This document shows, in pieces, positions 1 through 9,257 of a DNA stretch of 64,000 nucleotides. Position 1 is the stretch's first letter. The number at the start of each line of letters is the position of its first letter. Position numbers and translations under genes: made by a program. The notes beneath the pieces are model-generated. The model saw only the letters and a list, made by a program, of their open reading frames with translations. It did not search any database and was not told where the DNA came from. Location of the stretch: the IMG/VR virus record IMGVR_UViG_3300043430_000167. The stretch is one strand, 5' to 3'. This stretch comes from an uncultured virus (IMG/VR IMGVR_UViG_3300043430_000167) (lineage: Duplodnaviria > Heunggongvirae > Uroviricota > Caudoviricetes).

Positions 1-410
1 AGGCGGACCACCCGGTTCTCAACGACAAGTCGGAAGAGTACGACGACGACATCACTGAGTTCGTGCTTGCTAAGCAACGGACCCTGATGAACAAAGAAGG
101 GCTCAGCCCGTCTGTGGCGTTGAAGCGCGCGGCTGACGACGTTTTGAGTCGTTTCGCAAAGCCAGCCGAGGTCAAGGAAGAAGCCAAAGGGTTGGATTCG
201 GCGGCGGCAGTCACCGAGCGCAAGCAGGCCCAGGTGGCGAAGAATCTGGACACAGCGCGGCGCCAGCCCGCAAGCCTGAAAGAGTCCGGCTTGGACTCAG
301 ATAAGGCAGGCCAGACAACGCAACTGCCGGATGCCGCCAAGATGACCGAAGCGGAGTTCAGCGCCTTACCTGAGACAGTCAAAGCGCGAATGCGCGGGGA
401 CATCATCTAA
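1..410 (+). CDS. Capsid scaffolding protein, C-terminal part (5'-truncated by window edge)
   Basis: Ala/Lys-rich helical ORF ending 'MTEAEFSALPETVKARMRGDII', a tail typical of scaffolds next to N4-type capsid genes; the portal starts at the far end of the window. Confidence 0.6.
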   Translation, partial: ADHPVLNDKSEEYDDDITEFVLAKQRTLMNKEGLSPSVALKRAADDVLSRFAKPAEVKEEAKGLDSAAAVTERKQAQVAKNLDTARRQPASLKESGLDSDKAGQTTQLPDAAKMTEAEFSALPETVKARMRGDII

Positions 411-412
411 CC

Positions 413-871
413 ATGCCTACGGGCTACGACTGCCAGGAGCTAGACATGGACCACCCCAAAGGGGCGTGCCCCGACATGGCCCACATCAAAGACAAGATCG
501 ACAGCATGGCCGAGCAGATAGAGCGCTTGGCCGCTTTGATGGAGCGACAGATCCGGCTCGAAGAACAGGCAGCTAACCATGCGGCTGCGGTAGGAAGAGC
601 ATTCACCCAGCTTGGAAACTTAGATCAGCGTGTCGGCGCTCTTGAGAAAACTGAGACGTATGTGCGCGGCGGCGTTAGGTACGCGGGGATCGCCGCAGTA
701 GCGACCATCGGAATACTCGGGTGGGCCCTGAAAACACAAATGGATATCGTGCAACAGCTCCCGGTGCGATTGGACCGCATCGAGCGGCAGCAGGCGGAGG
801 AAATCAAGATCGATGAGCGGCTGACTACCGAGATCGAACGACTAAAGGCGGCTGATCATGCTCCACGCTGA
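413..871 (+). CDS. Coiled-coil membrane protein of the lysis cassette (holin/antiholin-like)
   Basis: Coiled coil followed by one TM segment (YAGIAAVATIGILGWAL); directly upstream of holin and endolysin. Confidence 0.4.
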   Translation: MPTGYDCQELDMDHPKGACPDMAHIKDKIDSMAEQIERLAALMERQIRLEEQAANHAAAVGRAFTQLGNLDQRVGALEKTETYVRGGVRYAGIAAVATIGILGWALKTQMDIVQQLPVRLDRIERQQAEEIKIDERLTTEIERLKAADHAPR

Positions 872-1061
872 TTGGAAAAACATTCTCAAGCGCGCCTGGT
901 CCATCCGCTGGATGGCGCTTGCCGCGTTGTTTTCGGCGGCAGAGGTCATGGTGCCGATGTTCCCAGACAAGATGCCACGTGGTTTATTTGCGATCCTGAC
1001 GGGGGTCGCCGTGGGCGGGGCGTTTATCTCCAGACTGATGGCACAACGTGATGTCGACTGA
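858..1061 (+). CDS. Putative holin
   Basis: 67 aa, two hydrophobic segments, 'WKNILKRAWSIRW' N-terminus; overlaps the endolysin start. Confidence 0.6.
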   Translation: MLHADWKNILKRAWSIRWMALAALFSAAEVMVPMFPDKMPRGLFAILTGVAVGGAFISRLMAQRDVD

Positions 1062-1509
1062 CCGCACAATCACCCTCAAACGCAAGACTGCCGCGGCAGG
1101 ATTCACCCTCGGCATTTTGACGATGGGCGCGCTCGGATCTGCGGGGATCTATCAGTACAACACCGTCGAGGACGCGGTGCGGAAGCTGAGCAACTGCACG
1201 CAGACGACCTGCACCGGGAAGATCGACGGCAAGACGGCGATCCCAGCAGGCCGGTACGAGATCCGCGACACCTACTCTCCGCGATTCAAAAAGCATGTGC
1301 TTGAGCTGGTCGGCGTACCTGGATTCCAGGGAATCCGCATTCACTCAGGTAACACCGCAGACGACTCAGAGGGATGCTTGATCCTCGGGCTGAAAGGCAC
1401 GGAGTTCGGCGTTGCCGAGTCCCGCGCAGCAATGGCGCAGTTCAACGCAGACGTTCGTAAGGCACTCGCCAAGGGGCGGGTGTTTATCGTTATTGAGGAT
1501 GCGAAATGA
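1048..1509 (+). CDS. Putative endolysin, DUF5675-like
   Basis: Motifs 'TAIPAGRYEI..TYSPRF', 'VPGFQGIRIHSGNTADDSEGCLILG'; lies between holin and spanins. Confidence 0.75.
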   Translation: MMSTDRTITLKRKTAAAGFTLGILTMGALGSAGIYQYNTVEDAVRKLSNCTQTTCTGKIDGKTAIPAGRYEIRDTYSPRFKKHVLELVGVPGFQGIRIHSGNTADDSEGCLILGLKGTEFGVAESRAAMAQFNADVRKALAKGRVFIVIEDAK

Positions 1510-2054
1510 TCTACCTGATTGCAACCCTCGCGGTCGTATTGGTCGCCTTTGCGCTCATCCCTGGCGGTCTGCGCTGGCTCGCGCTGCTGATCCCCCACAT
1601 CGTCGTCAAGATTGCCGCTTGGTCGCTAGCCTACGTCGCAGTCAAATGGTTCTCGACCGAGGACGGACGCTCTTTGCGCTGGCCGCTCCGCTGGATGATG
1701 ACCAAAGACGCGGATCTGTTCGGCGATAGCTACTGGCAGATTGAGTGCCGCGAGAAGGGGATCGACCCGAGGTCTGACGCAGCACGCATTGCTTGGTTGC
1801 GGCGAAACGGCGGACATACCGTCAATTACGGGCTGCTCGGCGTCGATGTAACCCAGGACTGGGTCGATAAGTACCGCGACCCTATGACGCACTGGATCAG
1901 CGGCGGGCCGCTGTGGATCAGCGACAACGCATTCGAGCTGTGGGTCTCAATCCTCGGTGTTGATTTCATGGCCGGATGGAACCTGATTGGCCATCAGCAC
2001 GGCCGGGCGAAATACTGGGCGCAGATCCGGCGCTCCAAACCCCTGAATCCGTAG
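1506..2054 (+). CDS. Phage membrane protein
   Basis: Two N-terminal TM segments, 'LRWPLRWMMTKDADLFGD' and 'WLRRN' motifs; coupled starts and stops. Confidence 0.45.
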   Translation: MIYLIATLAVVLVAFALIPGGLRWLALLIPHIVVKIAAWSLAYVAVKWFSTEDGRSLRWPLRWMMTKDADLFGDSYWQIECREKGIDPRSDAARIAWLRRNGGHTVNYGLLGVDVTQDWVDKYRDPMTHWISGGPLWISDNAFELWVSILGVDFMAGWNLIGHQHGRAKYWAQIRRSKPLNP

Positions 2055-2063
2055 GAGCTGAGC

Positions 2064-2582
2064 ATGCTGAACTACCTTGGCTTGTGGTGGGTGAAGGCGG
2101 TGATTGTAGGCGCGCTCGTGGCAGCGTTCGGCTGGGCAACCTACCAAGCTGGGTATGACCGATGTTTCAAGACCTCCAGCCTTCAGGTGACGGCCTTGAC
2201 CAAGAAGGTGAGCGATATCGAAGCACAACGCCTTCGAGACGTGGCAGACCTGAGCGAGCGCAACCGGCTCCTGGAGCGGGCCTGGGCGGCAGATGTCGCA
2301 CAGATCGACAAAACCATGACGGAGAAACTACACCGTGAAACCGCTAAACGTAATAGTGCTGTCGCTGGTATTCGGCTTGGCACAACTAGCCTGTTCGTCC
2401 CCGTTGCCAAAGCCGATTGTTCAACCGGCAGCGTTACCGATCCCGCCAGCGGAGTTGATGGTGCCTATCGAGCCCAACTTTCTGACGAGGCTGCTGAATT
2501 TCTTATCAACCTCGCCTCAGAGGCCGATGCCTGTGCCATCAGACTTACCGCCGCCCAGGAATTGATCAAGAGTGAGCGTTGA
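2064..2582 (+). CDS. i-spanin (Rz-like)
   Basis: N-terminal TM, coiled coil, C-terminal 'AEFLINLASEADACAIRLTAAQ'; AGGAG RBS. Confidence 0.8.
   Translation: MLNYLGLWWVKAVIVGALVAAFGWATYQAGYDRCFKTSSLQVTALTKKVSDIEAQRLRDVADLSERNRLLERAWAADVAQIDKTMTEKLHRETAKRNSAVAGIRLGTTSLFVPVAKADCSTGSVTDPASGVDGAYRAQLSDEAAEFLINLASEADACAIRLTAAQELIKSER
2335..2565 (+). CDS. o-spanin (Rz1-like) lipoprotein embedded in the i-spanin gene
   Basis: Alternate-frame ORF with signal peptide, lipobox-like 'LAC' and Pro-rich mature part. Confidence 0.75.
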   Translation: MKPLNVIVLSLVFGLAQLACSSPLPKPIVQPAALPIPPAELMVPIEPNFLTRLLNFLSTSPQRPMPVPSDLPPPRN

Positions 2583-2589
2583 TTTTTGC

Positions 2590-2619
2590 TTGACGCTCTC
2601 ACGCTCTCTGTTGTAGTCT
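2590..2619 (+). promoter_or_regulatory. Sigma70-like promoter for the capsid operon
   Basis: TTGACG-N18-TAGTCT; the same hexamers occur upstream of TerS. Confidence 0.5.
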
Positions 2620-2639
2620 GACAGAGCGAGAAATTTAGT

Positions 2640-2810
2640 TGCTGGGCAATTCACCGCCCAGCAGCCTTGTTCGCCCCGCTTAGCCACCAGCGACACAGGT
2701 GGCCGGCTCGTCCCCGTCATAAGTCGTTCGAAGTTTCCGCAAGTTGCCAGCGACACGGCACCGCAAGGATCACGTTGATCCGAAACCCGTTCGACATATT
2801 CGATGGAGGC
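2640..2810 (+). ncRNA. Structured 5' leader of the major capsid gene
   Basis: Hairpins at 2640-2663, 2683-2703, 2745-2760, 2767-2781; two share the loop AGCGACAC. Confidence 0.5.
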
Positions 2811-2816
2811 GCCGAC

Positions 2817-3929
2817 ATGGCCCAAACCAATTTCGCACAGCTCACCTCTGAGCAAAAGACAGTGTGGTCGCTGGACTTCTGGAAACAGGCCCGCAACCTT
2901 TCGTTCATCAACAAGTTCCTTGGCAAAGACGCCAACTCGATGATTCAGCACATTACTGAGCTGAAGAAGACCGAGAAGGGCGCCCGTGCCGTCATTACCC
3001 TGCTGGCCGACCTCGAAGGTGACGGTGTGGCTGGGGACCGCACCCTGGAAGGCAACGAAGAAATCCTGAAGTCTTATGACCAGGTAATTCGCATTGACCA
3101 GATGCGTAACGCTAACCGCCACGAAGGTCGCATGGCGGACCAGAAGTCGGTGGTTACCTTCCGCGAGAACTCGCGTGACAAGCTGGCCTACTGGCTGTCT
3201 GACCGCATGGACCAGATGGCGTTCCTGACTCTGGCTGGTAAGTCTTACGCCTACCATCCGAACGGCACGACTCGTGTGGGCTCAGACCTCAAGAATCTTG
3301 AGTTCGCAGCTGACGTAGTGGCGCCGAGTGCCAAGCGCGTAGGTCGATGGGATAACACCGCCAAGTCCTTCGTTGTTGGTGGTGGTGCAAATACCGTTGT
3401 TGGAACAGACACCCCGGCTTGGGAGCTGTTCGTTGCGCTCAAGGCGTACGCCAAGGAAAACTACATCCGCGGTGTGGTCGCTGACGGCGGGGAAGAAACC
3501 TACCACGCCTTCTTGTCACCGCTGGCAATGGCCAAGCTGAAGCTCGACCCGGTCTATCGCGACAACCTGCGTTACGCGCAGCAACGCGGTTCGCAGAACG
3601 AGCTGTTCACCGGTTCCAGCGTCAAGCTCGATGGCATCTACTTGCACGAGTTCCGTCACGTACCGAACACGCGACTGGCTGCATCCGGTAGCAAGTTTGG
3701 TGGCACCGGTACGGTGGACGGCTGCCAGATTCTGTTCTGCGGCGCCCAGGCGCTCGGCATGGCAGACATCGGCAACTCTGAGTGGGTGGAGAAGGAGTTC
3801 GACTTCGACAACCAGCCTGGCATCAGCATCGCCAAGATCCTCGGCTTCCTGAAGCCTCAATTCGCCACACAGTACAGCGGCGGCACCAAAGAAGATCACG
3901 GTGTCATCTCTGCCTACGTGGCTCAGTAA
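2817..3929 (+). CDS. Major capsid protein (N4-gp56-like)
   Basis: Start MAQTNFAQLT after GGAGG; motifs 'LADLEGDGVAGDRTLEGNEE', 'DQMRNANR', 'LFCGAQALGMADIG'. Confidence 0.9.
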   Translation: MAQTNFAQLTSEQKTVWSLDFWKQARNLSFINKFLGKDANSMIQHITELKKTEKGARAVITLLADLEGDGVAGDRTLEGNEEILKSYDQVIRIDQMRNANRHEGRMADQKSVVTFRENSRDKLAYWLSDRMDQMAFLTLAGKSYAYHPNGTTRVGSDLKNLEFAADVVAPSAKRVGRWDNTAKSFVVGGGANTVVGTDTPAWELFVALKAYAKENYIRGVVADGGEETYHAFLSPLAMAKLKLDPVYRDNLRYAQQRGSQNELFTGSSVKLDGIYLHEFRHVPNTRLAASGSKFGGTGTVDGCQILFCGAQALGMADIGNSEWVEKEFDFDNQPGISIAKILGFLKPQFATQYSGGTKEDHGVISAYVAQ

Positions 3930-3941
3930 GGAGTAACGAAC

Positions 3942-4382
3942 ATGGCTCTTCTTCAAGCTGCACGAACTGCACAGTGGCCGTTGCTTGCCACTTTTACCTT
4001 CAACTTTGATGACACCATCAAGGACATCAACGGCGTGACAAAGACCTTCGGGGCTGTGGTTGGTGATGCCGTGGTGTGCCAAGCGATCAACCTGCCGGAA
4101 GGCGCAGTGGTTGTCGGTGGCGAAGTCGTAGTTGAGACCGCAGGTGTTGGGCCGACTGTGTATACCGTCAGCCTGGGCGACTCTGCCTCGGCCACTCGGT
4201 ATGCCAACGCTGTCAACTTGCTCTCTGCGGCCCGCACGGCGCTCACTCTGACGGGGTTCCGCACGTCGGAAAACATCCGCTTGACCATTGCTTCAACGGT
4301 GGCTAACGCAACCGCGGGCAAGGCAACGGTCCGGGTGCTGTACGAGATCCCGAACCGCGCAAACGAGACCATCCCTAACTGA
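3942..4382 (+). CDS. Virion structural protein (possible capsid decoration/cement)
   Basis: 146-aa beta-rich protein right after the capsid gene; strong RBS. Confidence 0.55.
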   Translation: MALLQAARTAQWPLLATFTFNFDDTIKDINGVTKTFGAVVGDAVVCQAINLPEGAVVVGGEVVVETAGVGPTVYTVSLGDSASATRYANAVNLLSAARTALTLTGFRTSENIRLTIASTVANATAGKATVRVLYEIPNRANETIPN

Positions 4383-4392
4383 TCTTGACCAC

Positions 4393-4416
4393 GGCGGGCT
4401 TCGGCCCGCCAATTTC
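4393..4416 (+). terminator. GC-rich UUCG hairpin (weak terminator or stabiliser)
   Basis: GGCGGGC-TTCG-GCCCGCC followed by AATTTC. Confidence 0.5.
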
Positions 4417-4429
4417 AAAGGAGGTAGAA

Positions 4430-4804
4430 ATGCCGCTCTATGTATTGAATCGAGACTACTCGCTGCGCACCGTTGACGGCGTGGTCAGTTTCGTCAAAGG
4501 CGAGCCCACCTGGGTTACTCCGTCGATGGTGAAGCACGCTGTGTCAATTGGCGCTGAGCGCGTGGACCAAAGCACTGAGGTGGATCTGATCGGTGAGCCT
4601 GTTGCGAAAGAGCAGCTGAGCGCAGAGGACCGCCAAGCGTTGCTTCAGGCAGCGTTCGAACAGATTGAAGCCACAAACGATACCAAGGATTTCTCAGGCG
4701 CAGGTGTGCCCACCGTTAAGGCCGTCGAGAAGATCACAGGTTTCGACGTGGACCGCGTTGAAGTCACCAAAGCGTGGGCTGAGTACCGCGCAGCGAAGGC
4801 TTAA
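4430..4804 (+). CDS. Hypothetical head-region protein
   Basis: GGAGG RBS, ATG 4430; C-terminal 'DFSGAGVPTVKAVEKITG'. Confidence 0.55.
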   Translation: MPLYVLNRDYSLRTVDGVVSFVKGEPTWVTPSMVKHAVSIGAERVDQSTEVDLIGEPVAKEQLSAEDRQALLQAAFEQIEATNDTKDFSGAGVPTVKAVEKITGFDVDRVEVTKAWAEYRAAKA

Positions 4805-4810
4805 AAGCCA

Positions 4811-5491
4811 ATGACCCCGAATGACCTTTACCTCGCGTTTCGTGCAGACGTAGTTGATGTAGCCGCACCGTATCTTTGGAGTGATGAAGAGGTGTGGCGC
4901 TACATGAATGACGCCTACATGACGTTCTGGCGCAAGGTAGGGGGCATTCCTGACTTCACCTCGACAGCTTGCAGCGTGCCCATCGTGGCGGGTGTTGAGA
5001 GCAGCAGGCTAAACCCCTCCATCCTACGCATCATGTCCGCTTCCCGAGCGAGTGATTTCGGAAAGGTAGAGGTCATCAACTCGACGGATCTCGGGCGCTT
5101 ACGGTCATCTGACTACGGCCAGATGAAAGAGGTGCGCCTCGATAAAGCTGCGGGTCAAGTGCGGTACATGGTTATCGGCATGCGGAAGAACCAGGTGCGG
5201 TGGGTGCAAGTGCCGGAGAAGGATGACGTGTGCAATCTGGTGATTCACCGGCTTCCGTTGGAATCCCTTACTCCACAAAGTGAAGAGATTGATGAGCTTG
5301 AAGAGATCCATCATTCGCGCTTGCTGTTGTGGATGAAACACTTGGCATATTTGAAGCAGGACGCAGAGACTTTTGACAAAGGTCGCTCGGATGTAAACGC
5401 CGCGGAGTTCAACGCCTACTGCTCTGAGTGCGTTGCCGAGAAGTCGCGCTACATGCACAAAACACGGGTGGTGCAATATGGGGGTATCTAA
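4811..5491 (+). CDS. Head-tail adaptor protein
   Basis: 'PYLWSDEEVWRYMNDA' and 'HHSRLLLWMKHLAYLKQDAET' resemble podovirus adaptors. Confidence 0.7.
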   Translation: MTPNDLYLAFRADVVDVAAPYLWSDEEVWRYMNDAYMTFWRKVGGIPDFTSTACSVPIVAGVESSRLNPSILRIMSASRASDFGKVEVINSTDLGRLRSSDYGQMKEVRLDKAAGQVRYMVIGMRKNQVRWVQVPEKDDVCNLVIHRLPLESLTPQSEEIDELEEIHHSRLLLWMKHLAYLKQDAETFDKGRSDVNAAEFNAYCSECVAEKSRYMHKTRVVQYGGI

Positions 5492-6080
5492 ACAGAACCT
5501 GAAGCTGCAGGCCGGCGCGACAAACACGCTCGTCATCCGGTGGGAGGATGCGGACCACTTGCTGTACAAGCAAGTCACGGCAGTTGTTTCCCAGATACCG
5601 CTACGCCTCACAGTACCTGGTCACGGGATTCCTGATGGTTGGAGTGCGGGATTTATAGGGTTCTCCGGCGTGAATTTCAATGCAAAAACAATGCCCCCTC
5701 GCCCTGTAGATATGCGAGAGGTCACTGTAATCGACGCCAACACAATTGAGTTTAATGATCTTGTGGTGACGACCGCCCCTGGCATCTCAAACGCGATTTT
5801 GGTGTTCTACGTTCCGCGTGAATTGGCGGGATATACGGCGCGTATGCAGGTTCGTGCGAGTGCGAACTCAGAGGTCGCTCTGTTGAGTCTCACGAGCCCA
5901 TTAGACGGCATCATTGTCGATGCAGCAACGTACAAAACAACTGTGACAGTTAAACCAAGCGACACAGAAAATGTTACGTGGTTCAACGGTGTGTATGACG
6001 TTGAGTTTGTCTCAGGTTCTGGTGATGTTGTCCGAGTGCTTCAAGGCGATGTTGTGCTCGAAAAGGAGGTAACGCGATGA
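5478..6080 (+). CDS. Virion structural protein
   Basis: 'LAGYTARMQVR...GVYDVEF...RVLQG' beta-sandwich pattern seen in tail-attachment proteins. Confidence 0.5.
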   Translation: MGVSKQNLKLQAGATNTLVIRWEDADHLLYKQVTAVVSQIPLRLTVPGHGIPDGWSAGFIGFSGVNFNAKTMPPRPVDMREVTVIDANTIEFNDLVVTTAPGISNAILVFYVPRELAGYTARMQVRASANSEVALLSLTSPLDGIIVDAATYKTTVTVKPSDTENVTWFNGVYDVEFVSGSGDVVRVLQGDVVLEKEVTR

Positions 6081-6232
6081 TGTACGTGAATGAGGATGTG
6101 AAGTCTGCGTCCATCTCTGCAGTGAAGATTTTGGCAAACGGCGAGCGAGTGGATCTCGGCGTAATCGCGTTTTATCACCGCAACCCGCTTAAGCGTTTTG
6201 CGTTTTACATACGAAAATTGTTTGGAGCATAA
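6077..6232 (+). CDS. Small hypothetical protein (51 aa, absent from ORF track)
   Basis: AGGAGG RBS; MMYVNEDVKSAS...KLFGA* fills the gap between neighbours. Confidence 0.55.
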   Translation: MMYVNEDVKSASISAVKILANGERVDLGVIAFYHRNPLKRFAFYIRKLFGA

Positions 6233-6234
6233 CC

Positions 6235-6603
6235 ATGGCAACAATCCTAGCAAATACCGGCAAAGCCCTGATGACTTCGCGCATGAAGGGCCTGGGCACC
6301 GAGCCGACCTTCGTGGCGTGGGGGACCGGCGCGGGCACGGCGGCAGCCGCGGACACCACGTTGTTTACAGAATCGGCAGAGGCTCGTGTCAGCGGGACAA
6401 GCTCGCAGGCCACCACCACAACTACCAACGACACCTATCAGGTCGTCGGAACGATCACCGCCTCCGCAGGGCGGACGATTACGAATGCCGGTTTGTTTGA
6501 CGCAAGTACAGCTGGGAATTTGTTTGTCAAAGGTGACTTTACCGGGGTTGCTCTGAATACGGGCGAGTCCATCCAATTCACCATTGGCGTGCAGCTGACC
6601 TAA
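6235..6603 (+). CDS. Small Thr/Gly-rich virion appendage subunit
   Basis: 'AWGTGAGTAAAADTTL...ITNAGLFDASTAGNLF' beta-rich structural pattern. Confidence 0.6.
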   Translation: MATILANTGKALMTSRMKGLGTEPTFVAWGTGAGTAAAADTTLFTESAEARVSGTSSQATTTTTNDTYQVVGTITASAGRTITNAGLFDASTAGNLFVKGDFTGVALNTGESIQFTIGVQLT

Positions 6604-6621
6604 TTACAAGGAGGGCACGCC

Positions 6622-7788
6622 GTGGCCGACTCGATTTACACCGGGAGAGTTGGTTCAAAGCTGAGCGTGCTCGGGAAGATGCAGCTTGCGGGTAACCCAT
6701 CTGCATTACCCCCTCAGAGTTTCCTCATGACGCTTCTGGCCGCAACCAGCCCGGTGCCTCTTTCCGCCCGCTTATTGAATAGAGGCCTGTTGGCCGCTAA
6801 GTCTTCAGCTGTGAAGATAACGCGCTCGGTAGCGAAGGTGGTTCGCGCTGCACAGCCCTCAGCCGGCAGGCTTACTCGTTTGGTGGCCAAGAAGTTGCAG
6901 GTTACGACGATTACAGCGGGTGTTGTGCTTGCAAAGAAGGTTCTGATGCGGACTCTCTTAGCCGCGCAGTCGTCAACCGCGAAGCTCTCGCGTCTTATTA
7001 CAAAGCGAATTCGCGCGGCTCAGTCGTCAACCGGAAGGTTGGCCCGCTCAATATCAAAGAAGGTTCAGGCTGTGCAGTCTTCAGTCGTGAAGCTATCGCG
7101 CTTGGTGGCAAAGCGGCTTCGTGCTTCCACGTTGTCTGTAAGCAGTCTGTTTTCCAAAAAGGTTCTGATGCGGTTGCTTTTAGCTACCCAATCTACAACA
7201 GGAAGGCTTGCTCGCTCGGTAACCAAACGACTTCGCGCGGGGCAGTCTTCAGTGGGGAGCCTGGCTCGCGTGGTGGCCAAGAAGATTCAGTTCACCCAGG
7301 GTTCATCTGGGAGGCTGTCCCGCTCGGTGGGCAAGAAGCTGAGGGCGACTGCGTTAACAGCAAGCAGCTTGTTCACCAGAAAAGTTTTCATGCAGGTGCT
7401 TTTGGCCACTAAGTCTTCATCCGTGAAGATATCCCGTTCGATATCAAAGAGGGTGCTTTCCACGCGTGTGTTGTTGGTCACAGTGAGGCGGCGAATATCC
7501 TTAAAGGTTTTAGCCACCTCAATCGTGCTGAGTGAACTGCTTCGCCGTTTGCCGGTGAAGTTGTTTGTGAGCGTGGGCGGCTCTGCCGCTCTGTCCGGCT
7601 TGTTTGTCGGGATATCCGCAATCAACGAATATGTTGTACGGATAGTGGCTCGTTCAACTGCTTTTGTGAGAATCAATGCGCATTCGGCAAGCGCTTCAAT
7701 CCGAGCCACGACAGGCAAGCTGCTCAGTAGTGTGCGATCAAATAACCAAACCACGGTGAAAAGCAATGGCGGAAAATCTAGCGAATGA
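6622..7788 (+). CDS. Highly basic repeat protein (putative fibre/stalk)
   Basis: 18-aa repeats nested in a 74-aa (222-nt) super-repeat; only 4 acidic residues in 388 aa; GGAGG RBS. Confidence 0.6.
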   Translation: MADSIYTGRVGSKLSVLGKMQLAGNPSALPPQSFLMTLLAATSPVPLSARLLNRGLLAAKSSAVKITRSVAKVVRAAQPSAGRLTRLVAKKLQVTTITAGVVLAKKVLMRTLLAAQSSTAKLSRLITKRIRAAQSSTGRLARSISKKVQAVQSSVVKLSRLVAKRLRASTLSVSSLFSKKVLMRLLLATQSTTGRLARSVTKRLRAGQSSVGSLARVVAKKIQFTQGSSGRLSRSVGKKLRATALTASSLFTRKVFMQVLLATKSSSVKISRSISKRVLSTRVLLVTVRRRISLKVLATSIVLSELLRRLPVKLFVSVGGSAALSGLFVGISAINEYVVRIVARSTAFVRINAHSASASIRATTGKLLSSVRSNNQTTVKSNGGKSSE

Positions 7789-8317
7789 CTTCGCAACGAC
7801 GCTTGCTGGCGCAGTAGACAACTCCACCGGCACGTTAACTGTTGTGCTGGCCTCAGGCGCACCAGCACCTAATTTCAGAATCCGCGTGGATGACGAGCTT
7901 ATGCTCGTGACGGCTGTCGCAGGCACAACCTGGACGGTCACGCGCGGGATAGAGGGCACGGCTGCTGCGAGCCACGCGTCCGGTGCAGTGGCTGCCCACG
8001 TGCTGACGGCCGGAGCCTTGGCTGCTTTGTTCGCCGAACACGCCCCTGCCACCCCAATCAATCTCACGGCGAATACCACGCTCGCATCGAATGCAAAGTA
8101 TTCCTACAGCGCTGGGGCGCTTACGCTGACTCTTCCTGCCGCACCTGCTAATGGTGATGAGGTGGTTATCTACAACACAGGCAGCCTGTTAACTACGGTT
8201 GTTGGGCGCAATGGGAAGACGATCATGGGGCTGGCGCAGGACATGACGCTAGATATCGCGAACCGAAAGTTCCTGTTTGAGTATCTATCTGCGTCTGATG
8301 ACTGGAGACTGTCATGA
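7766..8317 (+). CDS. Tail fibre-related protein
   Basis: 'DDELMLVT...TVTRGIEGTAAASH' and 'LTLTLPAAPANGDEV' modules common in fibre proteins. Confidence 0.6.
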   Translation: MAENLANDFATTLAGAVDNSTGTLTVVLASGAPAPNFRIRVDDELMLVTAVAGTTWTVTRGIEGTAAASHASGAVAAHVLTAGALAALFAEHAPATPINLTANTTLASNAKYSYSAGALTLTLPAAPANGDEVVIYNTGSLLTTVVGRNGKTIMGLAQDMTLDIANRKFLFEYLSASDDWRLS

Positions 8318-8871
8318 GCAACGCATCTACATTCCTAGGGGGCGGCGCTGCAATCAAGAGCGTTCAGCGCGGAACGATTTCAAGTACAGCCTACCCTGCA
8401 ACAGCAACAGTGACTGCGGTAGATACGACGCGCTCCGTCATTAAATTGATGGATACCACCCCGGGGCTATGGTCGAGCGCGTATGTCAGCACTAGAGTGG
8501 AACTTACAAACGCAACTACGGTGTCAATGCGCAACGCGTTTGGCGGAACGCTTAATTCGGCAGCCTCGGCAACATGGGAATTGGTTGAATACGCGGCTCC
8601 GATTAAGTCTATTCAGCAAGTCGCGGTAACTCTGTCAGGCAGTAATCAAGGGATGTATTTGGATACTGCGATCACCCCCGTCGATCTCAGCAAGACGATT
8701 CTTGAGTTTCGCGGCTACCAAGCCGGGACGTCCTCGCTTTCCTCCGACGTTCAGGGGTTTATGTTGAAAGGTGCGCTCACATCTAGCACAAATCTGCGCG
8801 TCTATAACCGAGCGAAACAGCAAACCCCGTACGGACTAATCGGCCATTTCACTATTGTGGAGTTCTTCTGA
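8314..8871 (+). CDS. Tail fibre distal protein with internal duplication
   Basis: Two 'IKS(V/I)Q' ... 'VE(Y/F)' halves. Confidence 0.55.
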   Translation: MSNASTFLGGGAAIKSVQRGTISSTAYPATATVTAVDTTRSVIKLMDTTPGLWSSAYVSTRVELTNATTVSMRNAFGGTLNSAASATWELVEYAAPIKSIQQVAVTLSGSNQGMYLDTAITPVDLSKTILEFRGYQAGTSSLSSDVQGFMLKGALTSSTNLRVYNRAKQQTPYGLIGHFTIVEFF

Positions 8872-9257
8872 TGCTATACGGATACCCCAACCACGACGGC
8901 GTGATTCAGACTACTTTAGAGACAGCAGGCATCGCGCCTGCGGGATACATCCCCATTGACTCTCAAGACAAGATTGGGTGGCGCCACATTGACGGATCGT
9001 TTTTGCCTCCGCTTCCGCCACCACCCACCCCAATTACAAGCGTCACCCGTCGCCAGTTCAAACAAGGACTCACCCGGATCGGCCTACGTGTAGCTGTTGA
9101 AGCGGCTATTGCAGCTGCAGATCAAGACACTAAGGACTGGTACTTCGAGTCGACAAGTTTTGAGCGTGCGAATCCGGTTATGAACTCGATGGCAAGCGCC
9201 CTCGGCAAGACGCAGGAAGATATCGACAACCTATTCAGGCTGGCGGCGACACTATGA
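8871..9257 (+). CDS. Tail fibre assembly chaperone-like protein
   Basis: 'SVTRRQFKQGL...FERANP...LGKTQEDIDNLFRLA'. Confidence 0.6.
   Translation: MLYGYPNHDGVIQTTLETAGIAPAGYIPIDSQDKIGWRHIDGSFLPPLPPPPTPITSVTRRQFKQGLTRIGLRVAVEAAIAAADQDTKDWYFESTSFERANPVMNSMASALGKTQEDIDNLFRLAATL

Noticed and set aside
2667..2816. N-terminal extension of the major capsid protein given in the ORF track
   Set aside because: The GGAGG RBS supports ATG 2817; the upstream region reads as a structured leader
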